In this document: positions 39,440 to 48,560 of the stretch, in pieces
Layout: each line of letters begins with the position of its first letter
How positions within the stretch are numbered: position 1 is the first letter of the stretch
Assembly (NCBI GenBank): GCA_001782825.1
Contig: MFPS01000007.1
Span: 148,487-212,486 of the forward strand
Reading direction: 5' to 3'
From: Candidatus Magasanikbacteria bacterium RIFCSPHIGHO2_01_FULL_33_34
GTDB taxonomy: Bacteria > Patescibacteriota > Patescibacteriia > Magasanikbacterales > UBA922
DNA: 64,000 nucleotides
Position numbers and translations under genes: made by a program
Notes under the pieces: model-generated
Database searches by the model: none
What the model was told of the DNA's origin: nothing
Seen by the model: only the letters and a program-made list of their open reading frames with translations

Positions 39440-40084
39440 TTATTTTAAATTATATACTGGAGCTTCAAATAATGTGATTTTATTAATCGGCCAACCTCTA
39501 AACCATGTTTTACCTACTATCACATCTTTTTTTATTGGGCCAAACCTTCTTGAATCATAACTAGCATTACGATTATCCCCCATTACAAAATATTCATCTG
39601 GTCCTAATGTAATTGTTCTTTGACCTGGGGTAGATTTATTATCCAAATATACTTCATCCAATAATAAACCTTGAGAATTTTCATTATTGTAAATAATCAC
39701 TTTGTTATCTTCTACTTTTACTCGTTCACCAGGTAAACCAATTATTCTTTTTAGATAATAATCTTTTTCTATAGTTGGCGCACGAAATACAATTACTTCA
39801 CCTCTTTTTGGCTCAGTAAATCTATAACTTATTTCATCAATTATAAGATAATCTTTCTCGTGATAAGTGGGATCCATTGACTGACCCTCTACATTGAAAG
39901 GTTTAAAAATAAAATACCTAACAACACCAATTGTAATACCAGCCAACACGGCAATCTTGACTAATTCTAAAAAAACCAAGACAGCATTTGATAGCCAACT
40001 TTTTTCTGTAGCACTCACATTTTCTGCTTCATCTTTTGTAAGCTTTTCTGTTAAATCGCTATTTTTTTTATCTTCATCTTGCAT
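39440..40084 (-). CDS. lepB: Signal peptidase I
   Basis: TM anchor; boxes GQSMDPTY, GEVIVFRAP, YLKRIIGLPGERV, YFVMGDNRNASYDSR. Confidence 0.85.
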   Translation of the reverse strand: MQDEDKKNSDLTEKLTKDEAENVSATEKSWLSNAVLVFLELVKIAVLAGITIGVVRYFIFKPFNVEGQSMDPTYHEKDYLIIDEISYRFTEPKRGEVIVFRAPTIEKDYYLKRIIGLPGERVKVEDNKVIIYNNENSQGLLLDEVYLDNKSTPGQRTITLGPDEYFVMGDNRNASYDSRRFGPIKKDVIVGKTWFRGWPINKITLFEAPVYNLK

Positions 40085-40240
40085 AATTTTTTATGACTAT
40101 AATCTCCATTATATTACAAAAAATGATAAAAAGCAAACCTATTATTTAATCTAATTTTAAGTATTTTATTACTAGATTTGTTCAATATAATTCCGAACTA
40201 CCGGAAAATAGGTTTACCTCTAATCACCACCCAGACAAAG

Positions 40241-40315
40241 TGGACCCAAGAGGATTCGAACCTCTGACCTCTACAATGTCAATGTAGCACTCTAACCAAC
40301 TGAGCTATGAGTCCA
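40241..40315 (-). tRNA. tRNA-Val (anticodon GAC)
   Basis: rc folds as a cloverleaf; anticodon arm ctaca-TTGACAT-tgtag. Confidence 0.85.
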
Positions 40316-40334
40316 TTTATATAAAGAATTCCTG

Positions 40335-40409
40335 TGGGCGACCCGGGAATCGAACCTGGGACCTCAACATTATCAGTGTTGCGCTCTAACCATCTGAGCT
40401 AGTCGCCCA
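40335..40409 (-). tRNA. tRNA-Ile (anticodon GAT)
   Basis: rc: tgggcgactagctcagatggttagagcgcaacaCTGATAAtgttg…ggttcgattcccgggtcgccca. Confidence 0.85.
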
Positions 40410-40595
40410 TTATTATGTCAATGTAGCCATCATTATATACAAAATAAAATATTTTGTCAACTCAATCACCCTCCTATTTTAAGACAAACAAAAATTTAAT
40501 AATTATACTTTTTACGAATTTAATTGTTACAATAAATAATCAACTTATAACCAAAACAAAATTTATATTTACCAACAGAAACAAAGTAAAAAGTA

Positions 40596-40630
40596 TACAA
40601 AAAAATTCACCCCAGATTTCTCTGGAGTGA
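40596..40630 (-). terminator. Rho-independent terminator after the KH-protein gene
   Basis: tcactccagagaaatctggggtga + U-run on minus strand. Confidence 0.5.
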
Positions 40631-40642
40631 ATTATTTAACTT

Positions 40643-40963
40643 TTATATTGTTAAGTTATCAACTGCACTGGTATCAATTTCATCTCTTGACTCCTGTCGT
40701 CTAGGAGCTGGACGACCGCCTTCTGGTTCGTTAATTTTTAGGTTAACGCGTGCATTGTTTTTGGCTCCAACAATCTTCAAAAGAGTGCGGATAGCACGAG
40801 CGGTTTGACCTTGACGACCGATAACGTATCCCATATCACTTGGATTCAAATCCAATGTAATAAGAACACCTCGTTCGTCAACAGTGCGAGAAACCTTAAC
40901 GTCATCTGGGTTGTTTACAATTGCTTTGACAACGTATTCAACAAACTGTTGATCAAATTCCAT
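40643..40963 (-). CDS. KH-domain RNA-binding protein (YlqC/UPF0109 family)
   Basis: …VIGRQGQTARAIRTLLK… GxxG KH core; classical rpsP neighbourhood. Confidence 0.8.
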   Translation of the reverse strand: MEFDQQFVEYVVKAIVNNPDDVKVSRTVDERGVLITLDLNPSDMGYVIGRQGQTARAIRTLLKIVGAKNNARVNLKINEPEGGRPAPRRQESRDEIDTSAVDNLTI

Positions 40964-41104
40964 AGTTTCTTGCTTTACTTTGAATTACTGAACTGTCGAC
41001 TTGCTGAACCCCGAACCGGGAAGCCAGTTCTTGTAAAAACATTATATCACAATTATAAAAAAGGTCAATATTAAACAGAAAAGCCCACAAATGCAGGCTA
41101 TGAT

Positions 41105-41632
41105 TCAAGCAGGTTCATGAGCATGAACTAGCTTAGTTACTTTTTTTTCTTGAGGTGGCGGAGTGTTTGGAGTTTTTGCAATATAAACTAATAACAAGAA
41201 TGAAAAAAATGTTATGTTGTGAGAATAAATATAAAAATTACTCTGTACATCAATACCAAAAAAAATCACTTCACTTATATGAAAAATACAAAAAATTTTT
41301 ATAATGCTATCAAATTTTATAAGATTCAAATCACTTCTAAAATAGACTGTATTACTATTTTCATCCTTAACATCATCATAATAATTTATATGTTGGACAA
41401 TTAAAGAACAAAATAACCACAGTACACCTAGACAAACCTGTACTACATGACCTTGTTGGAAATCATAAATTATCATACCAATAAGTCCAATAATAAAAAG
41501 GCTTGTAATTATATATTTTATAATGGATTTCCTCAATCCAAACATTCGCATTAAAAAGAACATTACTGAATCTACACCTTTTTGAATTAATTGATCAATC
41601 CATACAAATGGAGAAGCAATCAAATCTCGCAT
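41105..41632 (-). CDS. Integral membrane protein, unknown function
   Basis: ORF track; 4-5 hydrophobic helices. Confidence 0.45.
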   Translation of the reverse strand: MRDLIASPFVWIDQLIQKGVDSVMFFLMRMFGLRKSIIKYIITSLFIIGLIGMIIYDFQQGHVVQVCLGVLWLFCSLIVQHINYYDDVKDENSNTVYFRSDLNLIKFDSIIKIFCIFHISEVIFFGIDVQSNFYIYSHNITFFSFLLLVYIAKTPNTPPPQEKKVTKLVHAHEPA

Positions 41633-41769
41633 TTTAAACCCCCTAGAATTTGTCTACAAAACTGTAGATACAGCAAAATATATACTATTTTTGTTAATTT
41701 GTCAATAAATAATAAAGAGAATTAGGTATTTAATTACCCAATTAAAATAAACCTATCAAAGTATAAAAA

Positions 41770-41802
41770 CAAAAAAACTTATTTTAAAATAAGTTTTTTT
41801 GG
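41770..41802. terminator. Palindromic terminator downstream of rpsP
   Basis: aaaaaaacttattttaaaataagttttttt. Confidence 0.5.
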
Positions 41803-41817
41803 TATTTTTTGATGTTT

Positions 41818-42309
41818 TTATTCTTTCACTTCCTTTGTTTCCTCAACTGGAGTTTCCACTACCTCTGGTTTTTCTGCTTCAGCTTGTTTAGCAGCTTCTG
41901 CCTCTTCCTTTGCTTTAGCTACAGCTTCTGCTTTAGCAACTTTTTCAGCTTCTGCTTTTTCTTTAGCTGCTGCTTCTCTCTTTTCTTTTTCTTCTGCGTC
42001 AGCAACTTTCTTTGTTTCTAGTTTTCCTTTGCGTTTTTGACTCAAAAATACTGACTTCTCTTTATCACCCTTAATAATACCTTCATTGATCAATAAATTA
42101 TTAACACTAGCTGAAGGTTGCGCTCCGACTGATATCCAATATTTGATTCTCTCAACATTCAAATTAACTACTTTGGGTGTAACCACTGGATTGTATGTAC
42201 CCAAATGCTCCAAAGTACCAGCTTGTGTATCTTTGGTTTTTTCAGATACCATCAGGCGGTAACTTGGATTTTTTTTCTTTCCAAGACGCTGTAAACGTAA
42301 AACTAACAT
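41818..42309 (-). CDS. rpsP: Ribosomal protein S16 with Ala/Lys/Glu-rich C-terminal tail
   Basis: MLVLRLQRLGKKKNPSYRLMV… = bS16 N-terminus (start moved inward from the track's 42393); ~90-aa AEKAK repeats at C-terminus. Confidence 0.85.
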   Translation of the reverse strand: MLVLRLQRLGKKKNPSYRLMVSEKTKDTQAGTLEHLGTYNPVVTPKVVNLNVERIKYWISVGAQPSASVNNLLINEGIIKGDKEKSVFLSQKRKGKLETKKVADAEEKEKREAAAKEKAEAEKVAKAEAVAKAKEEAEAAKQAEAEKPEVVETPVEETKEVKE

Positions 42310-42459
42310 AACTAAATATTTTAATATATAAATTCTTGAATGACGATGCCACCCTAGATACTGAGTAGCGAGAGCGTCAATACTATAACCCAAACAAGAT
42401 AATTTGTCAAGTAACTATATATTTGTTAAACTTGGATTTAATAATATAACTTTAAATAT

Positions 42460-42951
42460 ATGAATGATTCTGTCTACAAACGCCCAACTTGGGATGAATA
42501 TTTTATGGAAGTAACACGAGCCGTGGCCAAAAGAGCTACTTGCGACCGAGGACGATCTGGATGCGTCATCTCCCGCGACAAACAAATTATGGTAACTGGA
42601 TATGTCGGTTCACCAAAAGGCTTGCCTCATTGTGATGAAATTGGGCATCAGATGAAATCAACTACCCACGAAGATGGTCATATTTCCCAACATTGTGTCC
42701 GTACCGCCCATGCAGAACAAAATGCTATAGTCCAAGCCGCCAAACTCGGTATCAGCATAAATGATGGCACACTGTATTGCAAAATGACCCCATGCGCTAT
42801 CTGCGCCAAAATGATCATAAACGCCGGAATTAAACGAATTGTTTGTGAAAAAAGATATCATGCCGGCAGTGAAAGTGAAGAAATGTTCAAACAAGTCGGA
42901 ATTTTTTTAGAATTTTTTGATGAAAATATAGAACAATATGACAAACAATAA
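42460..42951 (+). CDS. dCMP deaminase (cytidine/deoxycytidylate deaminase family)
   Basis: HAEQNAI and PCAICAKMI zinc-binding motifs. Confidence 0.85.
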   Translation: MNDSVYKRPTWDEYFMEVTRAVAKRATCDRGRSGCVISRDKQIMVTGYVGSPKGLPHCDEIGHQMKSTTHEDGHISQHCVRTAHAEQNAIVQAAKLGISINDGTLYCKMTPCAICAKMIINAGIKRIVCEKRYHAGSESEEMFKQVGIFLEFFDENIEQYDKQ

Positions 42952-43507
42952 ACCTGAAAAAAACATTCTTGGTTTTGTAGGCCTGCTTGCTAGTGGCAAA
43001 GGTACTGCTGCCAAATATTTGGAAGAAAAATATTATGCTGATACTTTTAGGTTTTCTACTATGTTACGAGACTTGTGCAATAGAATATATATTGAACAAT
43101 CACGCGACAACTTGATAAAAATGTCTGAAATTATTCGGGGTACATTTGGTGAAGATACTATGGCAAAAGTAATGGCAGAAGACGCAAAAAATGCAAAATC
43201 TAACATTACTATAGTTGAAGGAATCCGTCGCATGGCTGATATTGAACACTTATCAAAATTACCAAATTTTATATTAATTGAAATTTTTGCAAACCCTAAA
43301 ACTCGTTATGAGCGCTTAATCAAACGCGGAGAAAACTCAGATGATAATAATAAAACTTATGAAGAATTTCTAGAAGATCACAAACGATCAACTGAAATGA
43401 GTATCCCAGAAGTCGCTAAGAACGCCACTGAAAAAATTGACAACAATGGCAGTATAGAAGATTTACACCAACAACTAGATAATCTAGTAAAAAAATATGC
43501 AAGTTAA
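42938..43507 (+). CDS. P-loop nucleoside/(d)NMP kinase family protein
   Basis: Walker A GLLASGKGT; small kinase fold size; embedded between the dCMP deaminase and dut genes. Confidence 0.55.
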   Translation: MTNNKPEKNILGFVGLLASGKGTAAKYLEEKYYADTFRFSTMLRDLCNRIYIEQSRDNLIKMSEIIRGTFGEDTMAKVMAEDAKNAKSNITIVEGIRRMADIEHLSKLPNFILIEIFANPKTRYERLIKRGENSDDNNKTYEEFLEDHKRSTEMSIPEVAKNATEKIDNNGSIEDLHQQLDNLVKKYAS

Positions 43508-43925
43508 AATCAAGCGCATAGACAAATCACTCCCCTTGCCCACATACCAAACTAATGGAGCCGTTGCTTTTGATTTATATACTCGTATTGACGAAATAAT
43601 TCTCGCGGGTGAAACCAAAATGTTGCCAACAAACTTGATAATACAAACTCCAAATGGATATATGCTAATGATAGCCTCTCGCTCTAGCCTAGCCCAAAAA
43701 AAAGGTTTGAAAATGGCCAATGGTGTTGGTATAATAGACCAAGACTATTGTGGAGAAGATGATGAAATAAAATTATTAGTGCACAACTACACTAACAATG
43801 ATGTAGCTGTTAAAAAAGGCGAAAGACTTGGCCAAGGTGTATTTGTAAAAATAGAAAAAAGCGAATGGGAAGAAATTGAAAAAATAAATAATGAAAATCG
43901 CGGTGGATTTGGATCAACAGATTAA
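43497..43925 (+). CDS. dut: dUTP diphosphatase
   Basis: dUTPase motifs incl. C-terminal RGGFGSTD. Confidence 0.9.
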   Translation: MQVKIKRIDKSLPLPTYQTNGAVAFDLYTRIDEIILAGETKMLPTNLIIQTPNGYMLMIASRSSLAQKKGLKMANGVGIIDQDYCGEDDEIKLLVHNYTNNDVAVKKGERLGQGVFVKIEKSEWEEIEKINNENRGGFGSTD

Positions 43926-43936
43926 ATATTAATATT

Positions 43937-44746
43937 ATGGAAAAAGAAAAATTTCAACCAAACCCAATTCAAAATCTACTAATGAAAGTTATGAGTGAAA
44001 TGAGAAATAATCCTGGTTTATTTCAAGAAATGAAACAAGCAAAAAGAAGTGAAAAATTTTATTCAGAACCACTAGAGCAAAAAGATGAAACAAAAAGAAG
44101 TAAAGATACAGTAGGATTAACCCATGCAATAAATACACACAACATAACAAAAGAACTGACTGATATAGACTTAAAAAATAATAAGTTAGACGAAACACAA
44201 AGTTTTAGATTACGAATTACTGCTCTTATACATGACATGGGTGAACTTAGTCCAAAAGGTGATATTGATTACAATGAAAAATCAAGTACAGATACAAAAG
44301 AAGAAATAGAATACTTTGAAAAAAATATACAAAATCTATTTCCAAACCTATTAAAAACAGAAATTGAAAATATTTTGGAAATATATAAAGAAAATATTCA
44401 TTACAAAGATAAAGGAGAAAATACACAAGAAGCTAAATACTTTAATATGGTTGAATTTGTAGGAGCTCTAATGCACGCTCTGGAAGAATTTGATGAAAAA
44501 AGAGACAATATGAAATGGAGACGATTCTGTGATGATTATCTATATAATATAGCAGAAAAAATAGAAAATATAATAAATAATTATCCTGCAGCAAAACAAT
44601 ATCTATCCAATCACAAAAATAAATTACAAAAAATGATAAATTGGGCAGAAAAAGAAATAAAAGAAAATCCAAAACACAAAGAAATGGAAAAATTGACAGA
44701 TGAAAAAATAATTACTTGGAAAAATATTTTAAAAAAAATATCTTAA
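43937..44746 (+). CDS. HD-domain phosphohydrolase (possible 5'-deoxynucleotidase)
   Basis: H…HD motif (LTHAINTHNI … ALIHDMGE). Confidence 0.5.
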   Translation: MEKEKFQPNPIQNLLMKVMSEMRNNPGLFQEMKQAKRSEKFYSEPLEQKDETKRSKDTVGLTHAINTHNITKELTDIDLKNNKLDETQSFRLRITALIHDMGELSPKGDIDYNEKSSTDTKEEIEYFEKNIQNLFPNLLKTEIENILEIYKENIHYKDKGENTQEAKYFNMVEFVGALMHALEEFDEKRDNMKWRRFCDDYLYNIAEKIENIINNYPAAKQYLSNHKNKLQKMINWAEKEIKENPKHKEMEKLTDEKIITWKNILKKIS

Positions 44747-44857
44747 TTTATACAAAAAAATGTATATTTATAAAAAATTAAAAATAAGTTAATAATATAA
44801 ATAATTAAAATTAATAAATTAACAAAAATTTTATTTAATTAATCTAAGCAAAAAAAT

Positions 44858-45103
44858 ATGAAACGGCCACATATAGAAGGAAAACTTCCTGGTGTAAATG
44901 AAGGTGGAAACCCACCACCAATTAAACCAGGCGAAACTATAGAAGACGCAGCCAAAAGACTTGGAATCAAAACAAAGACTGACTTAGAACAAGAAGAATG
45001 GGAAAAAGTAGAGCATGAAGCACGTAGACAATTAGCTAATGGTACAGATACAGAAATCCATTTAATAGATATAGAGGATATAGAAGATACACCTAGAGAA
45101 TAA
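44858..45103 (+). CDS. Hypothetical 81-aa acidic protein
   Basis: ORF track only. Confidence 0.3.
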   Translation: MKRPHIEGKLPGVNEGGNPPPIKPGETIEDAAKRLGIKTKTDLEQEEWEKVEHEARRQLANGTDTEIHLIDIEDIEDTPRE

Positions 45104-45132
45104 CAAGTATAAATAACTAAGTCTAATACAAT

Positions 45133-46005
45133 ATGCAAGCATATCTAGATATTGTAAAAAAAGTATTAAATGAAGGCATAAAAAAAGATGATAGAACTGG
45201 AACAGGTACGCTCGCAATTGCAGGGGCGATGTTTGAGCATGATATGTCCAAAGGTTTCCCATTGATTACTACCAAAAAAATGCCTTACAAAGTAATCGCT
45301 TCTGAACTTGAATTTTTTATAAAAGGATTGACTGACAAAAAATGGCTACAAGAAAACAAAAATCATATTTGGGATGAATGGGCCAACCCCAAAAAAGCTC
45401 CTTATGGCCATGATATAGAATCAAAAAATAAAATGGCAGAAGAACGAGATTTAGGACCAATCTATGGTTTCCAATGGCGCCACTTCAATGCACCATATTA
45501 CAATTATGATACTGACTATCGCAACCAAGGAGTGGATCAATTACAAAAAGTAATAAATACTCTCAAAGAAAATCCTACTGACAGAAGAATGATAGTTTGT
45601 GCATGGAATCCTACTATGATGGACCAAATGGCTTTGCCACCATGTCATTATTCTTTTCAAGTTACCGTCCTTGACGGAAAAATTAATTTACTTTGGAATC
45701 AAAGATCAGTTGATGTAATGTTAGGACTCCCCTTCAATATTGCTAGCTATGCAACCATGCTTCATCTACTTGCCAAAGAAACCAAGCTTGGTGAAGGAAA
45801 ATTGGTTGGATTTTTGGCAGATGTCCATATATATTCCAATCATATTGAAGGCGCACATGAACAAATTACTCGTGACCCAAACAAATTTCCACTTCCTAAA
45901 CTTGTAACCGAAAATTTTACTAATATTTTTGATTGGCAATGTCAGAATAGTAAAATAGTTGGATATGAAAGCTACCCAAAAATATCATTTGATATAGCAA
46001 TTTAA
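45133..46005 (+). CDS. thyA: Thymidylate synthase (ThyA)
   Basis: Canonical ThyA sequence incl. active-site PPCH (…ALPPCHYSFQ…). Confidence 0.95.
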   Translation: MQAYLDIVKKVLNEGIKKDDRTGTGTLAIAGAMFEHDMSKGFPLITTKKMPYKVIASELEFFIKGLTDKKWLQENKNHIWDEWANPKKAPYGHDIESKNKMAEERDLGPIYGFQWRHFNAPYYNYDTDYRNQGVDQLQKVINTLKENPTDRRMIVCAWNPTMMDQMALPPCHYSFQVTVLDGKINLLWNQRSVDVMLGLPFNIASYATMLHLLAKETKLGEGKLVGFLADVHIYSNHIEGAHEQITRDPNKFPLPKLVTENFTNIFDWQCQNSKIVGYESYPKISFDIAI

Positions 46006-46031
46006 GCATTTCAAATTAAAAACTAACCAAT

Positions 46032-46538
46032 ATGCCCTTCTCTCTTATAAGTGCGATTGCAAAAAATAACTGCATTGGCAAAAACAATAAACTTCCTTGG
46101 AATATCCCCGAAGATTTAGAGCATTTCAAACAATTAACTCTCGGCAAAAATTGTATTATGGGCCAAGCAACCTTTGAATCAATCTTGGGTTATCTTGGCA
46201 AACCACTACCAGGCAGGCAAACAGTCGTATTAACTTTAAACAAAGACTATACTGTACCTAAGGGCGTAAAGATATTTCATTCAATTGAAGATGCTTGGGA
46301 AACTCTCAAAGATGAAGATAATTTTGTCTGTGGTGGAGCAACAATTTACAAATTAACCATAGACAAAGTTGATACTCTATATATTACTCATGTTCATATG
46401 GAAGTTGATGGTGATGCATTTTTTCCAGAAATTGATAAAAATATTTGGCAAGAAGTAGAAAGAGAAGATCATGAAAAATTTTCATTTGTAACCTATAAAA
46501 AAGTTCATAGTTCAGAGCCAATAGCCAATAATTCATAA
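46032..46538 (+). CDS. folA: Dihydrofolate reductase
   Basis: ISAIAKNNCIGKNNKLPWNIPEDLEHFKQLT… DHFR signature. Confidence 0.9.
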   Translation: MPFSLISAIAKNNCIGKNNKLPWNIPEDLEHFKQLTLGKNCIMGQATFESILGYLGKPLPGRQTVVLTLNKDYTVPKGVKIFHSIEDAWETLKDEDNFVCGGATIYKLTIDKVDTLYITHVHMEVDGDAFFPEIDKNIWQEVEREDHEKFSFVTYKKVHSSEPIANNS

Positions 46539-46903
46539 TCAATCAGATTATTAATACATACAGAGAACTCATCGTATGGCAAAAATCAATAGAATTAGTA
46601 ATAGAAATTTATAAATTAACAAACTTATTCCCTACAGAAGAAAAATTTGGTTTAATTTCACAAATGAAAAGATGTTCAATTTCAATACCATCAAATATAG
46701 CAGAGGGATATGCAAGAAAAAATAAAAAAGAAAATGCTCATTTTATAAATATATCATTTGGTTCTGCAACAGAACTTGAAACACAAATTATTATTTCTAA
46801 AAAATTAAATTTTATTAACAACAATCAATGGGAAAAAGTAGATCAACTTTTGCTTGAAGTTTTACGGATGTTATATAAATACCGACAAGCACTTTATACT
46901 TAA
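46535..46903 (+). CDS. Four-helix-bundle protein (23S rRNA intervening-sequence protein family); no canonical ATG at the conserved N-terminus
   Basis: In-frame …YRELIVWQKSIELVIEIYKLTNLFPTEEKFGLISQMKRCSISIPSNIAEGYARK… matches the family; only ATA/ATC/ATT codons between the upstream TAA (46529) and the conserved VWQK. Confidence 0.55.
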   Translation: MINQIINTYRELIVWQKSIELVIEIYKLTNLFPTEEKFGLISQMKRCSISIPSNIAEGYARKNKKENAHFINISFGSATELETQIIISKKLNFINNNQWEKVDQLLLEVLRMLYKYRQALYT

Positions 46904-46928
46904 TTCTATTGGCTATGAACTACCAACT

Positions 46929-47615
46929 ATGAACTACAAAAAAGGATTATTCATAATGCTTGAAGGAACAGATGGTTCTGGAAAAACCACTCAAACCCAA
47001 TTATTACTTGATCATATAAAAAAAGAAGGTAAAAAAGTAAAAGAAATAAGCTTCCCCCAATATGGCACACCTAGTGCCTCAATGGTAGAAAAATATTTGA
47101 ATGGCGAATTTGGTACAGCTGAAGAAGTCGGGCCATACCGTGCTTCTATTTTTTATGCAATTGATAGATATGCCCATAGTCAACAAATAAAAAAATGGTT
47201 GGAAGAAGGTTATATTGTAATCGCCAATAGATATGTCGGATCAAATATGGGACATCAAGGTGGCAAAATAAAAAATGAAATAGAAAGAAAAAAATACTTT
47301 GAATGGAATTATAATCTTGAATACAATATATTTGGGATATCCAAGCCTGATATAAATATTATACTGCATGTTACACCAGAAATCTCACAACAACTTGTCG
47401 ACAAAAAAGAGACAAGAGACTATATAAAAACTGACAAAAAAAGAGATATACACGAAGATGACCTCAACCATCTTAGAGATGCTGAACTGGCATATTTACA
47501 AATAGCCAAATCCTTTCCAGAATTTCACCTAGTAGAATGCGTTGAAAAAAATGAAATATTACCATCTGAAACTATTCACAAAAAAATATGGGGATACATA
47601 CAAAAATTTATATAA
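46929..47615 (+). CDS. tmk: Thymidylate kinase
   Basis: MLEGTDGSGKTTQ P-loop, DRY motif; start placed at MNYKK. Confidence 0.85.
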   Translation: MNYKKGLFIMLEGTDGSGKTTQTQLLLDHIKKEGKKVKEISFPQYGTPSASMVEKYLNGEFGTAEEVGPYRASIFYAIDRYAHSQQIKKWLEEGYIVIANRYVGSNMGHQGGKIKNEIERKKYFEWNYNLEYNIFGISKPDINIILHVTPEISQQLVDKKETRDYIKTDKKRDIHEDDLNHLRDAELAYLQIAKSFPEFHLVECVEKNEILPSETIHKKIWGYIQKFI

Positions 47616-47653
47616 ACATGCTATAATGAAAATATATTTATTAATTTACTCAT

Positions 47654-48436
47654 ATGCTTATCTCAGCCCAGGATTTGGTCAAAAAAAGCGCCAATCTATA
47701 TAAAGACAATTTTAACTTATTTTTCAAACTTGCTTTCTTGGTTACAATACCTTCAATCATCACAACATCATTGGTAGGAGCCTTAACAGCAATATTTGGT
47801 CGACAATCCCAAGAATTTTTTGTAACTGTCATTTATGGATTATTTTTTATAATACTTTTTATAATTTCATATGTTATTGGCATTTGGTTCTCAATCGTCA
47901 AAGTAAGAATTATTGCCGCAAGATATGAAAATAAAGACATTGCATCAATCAGCAGTTATATTCATTCCGACAAAAAATTAATTTTACCAGTCATCGCAGC
48001 CTCCATACTAGCTGGAATTGCCATAATTGGTGGTTTTATATTATTTATTGTTCCTGGTATAATTTTTTCTGTATGGTTTGCTTTTGTAATGTACGCTGTA
48101 GCCATAGACAATAAAGAATCAGTAGACTCTCTCAGTTACAGTAAAAGTCTATCCAAAGGAAGATGGCTTGCTGTTTTATGGAGAATATTAGTCCCTATAT
48201 CATTTTTCTTAGTTGGAACCTATTTAATGCAAACTCCTCTTTCAATAGTTTTAAATACATTTGATTCTGTAATTATAATAACACTTGTTGCTATTGCATC
48301 ATTCCTAATAAATATATTATTTACCCCATTTCTAGTAGCTTCACAAGTAATTTTATATTCCAATCTTAAAAATACCATGGCTACAGAAAATTCTATTTCC
48401 GTACCAAACACCACAACTGACGAGCCTCCTTTTTAA
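47654..48436 (+). CDS. Polytopic membrane protein, unknown function
   Basis: ORF track; ~6 TM helices. Confidence 0.5.
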   Translation: MLISAQDLVKKSANLYKDNFNLFFKLAFLVTIPSIITTSLVGALTAIFGRQSQEFFVTVIYGLFFIILFIISYVIGIWFSIVKVRIIAARYENKDIASISSYIHSDKKLILPVIAASILAGIAIIGGFILFIVPGIIFSVWFAFVMYAVAIDNKESVDSLSYSKSLSKGRWLAVLWRILVPISFFLVGTYLMQTPLSIVLNTFDSVIIITLVAIASFLINILFTPFLVASQVILYSNLKNTMATENSISVPNTTTDEPPF

Positions 48437-48560
48437 TTGAATAGGCCCTATAATTTCTTTGAAAACCCTTTAATACAGGGCTTTTCATTTTTTAGCTTAA
48501 ATGATAACATATAGATAAATGCATAAAATAAATTAATTATAAAATATTTAACAAACAGAA

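Noticed and set aside
41809-42021. 70-aa F/C/L-rich plus-strand ORF
   Set aside because: It is antisense to the Ala/Lys-rich tail of rpsP and is a compositional artefact.
44747-44857. 110-nt 95% A+T spacer before the 81-aa ORF as a possible structured element
   Set aside because: It has no inverted or direct repeat structure beyond homopolymer and AT runs, consistent with an ordinary AT-rich intergenic or promoter region.
46854-46928. N-terminal 25 codons of the track's tmk ORF (MKFYGCYINTDKHF…)
   Set aside because: They overlap the four-helix-bundle gene in another frame. A conserved thymidylate kinase begins at MNYKK…MLEGTDGSGKTT, so the start was set at 46929.
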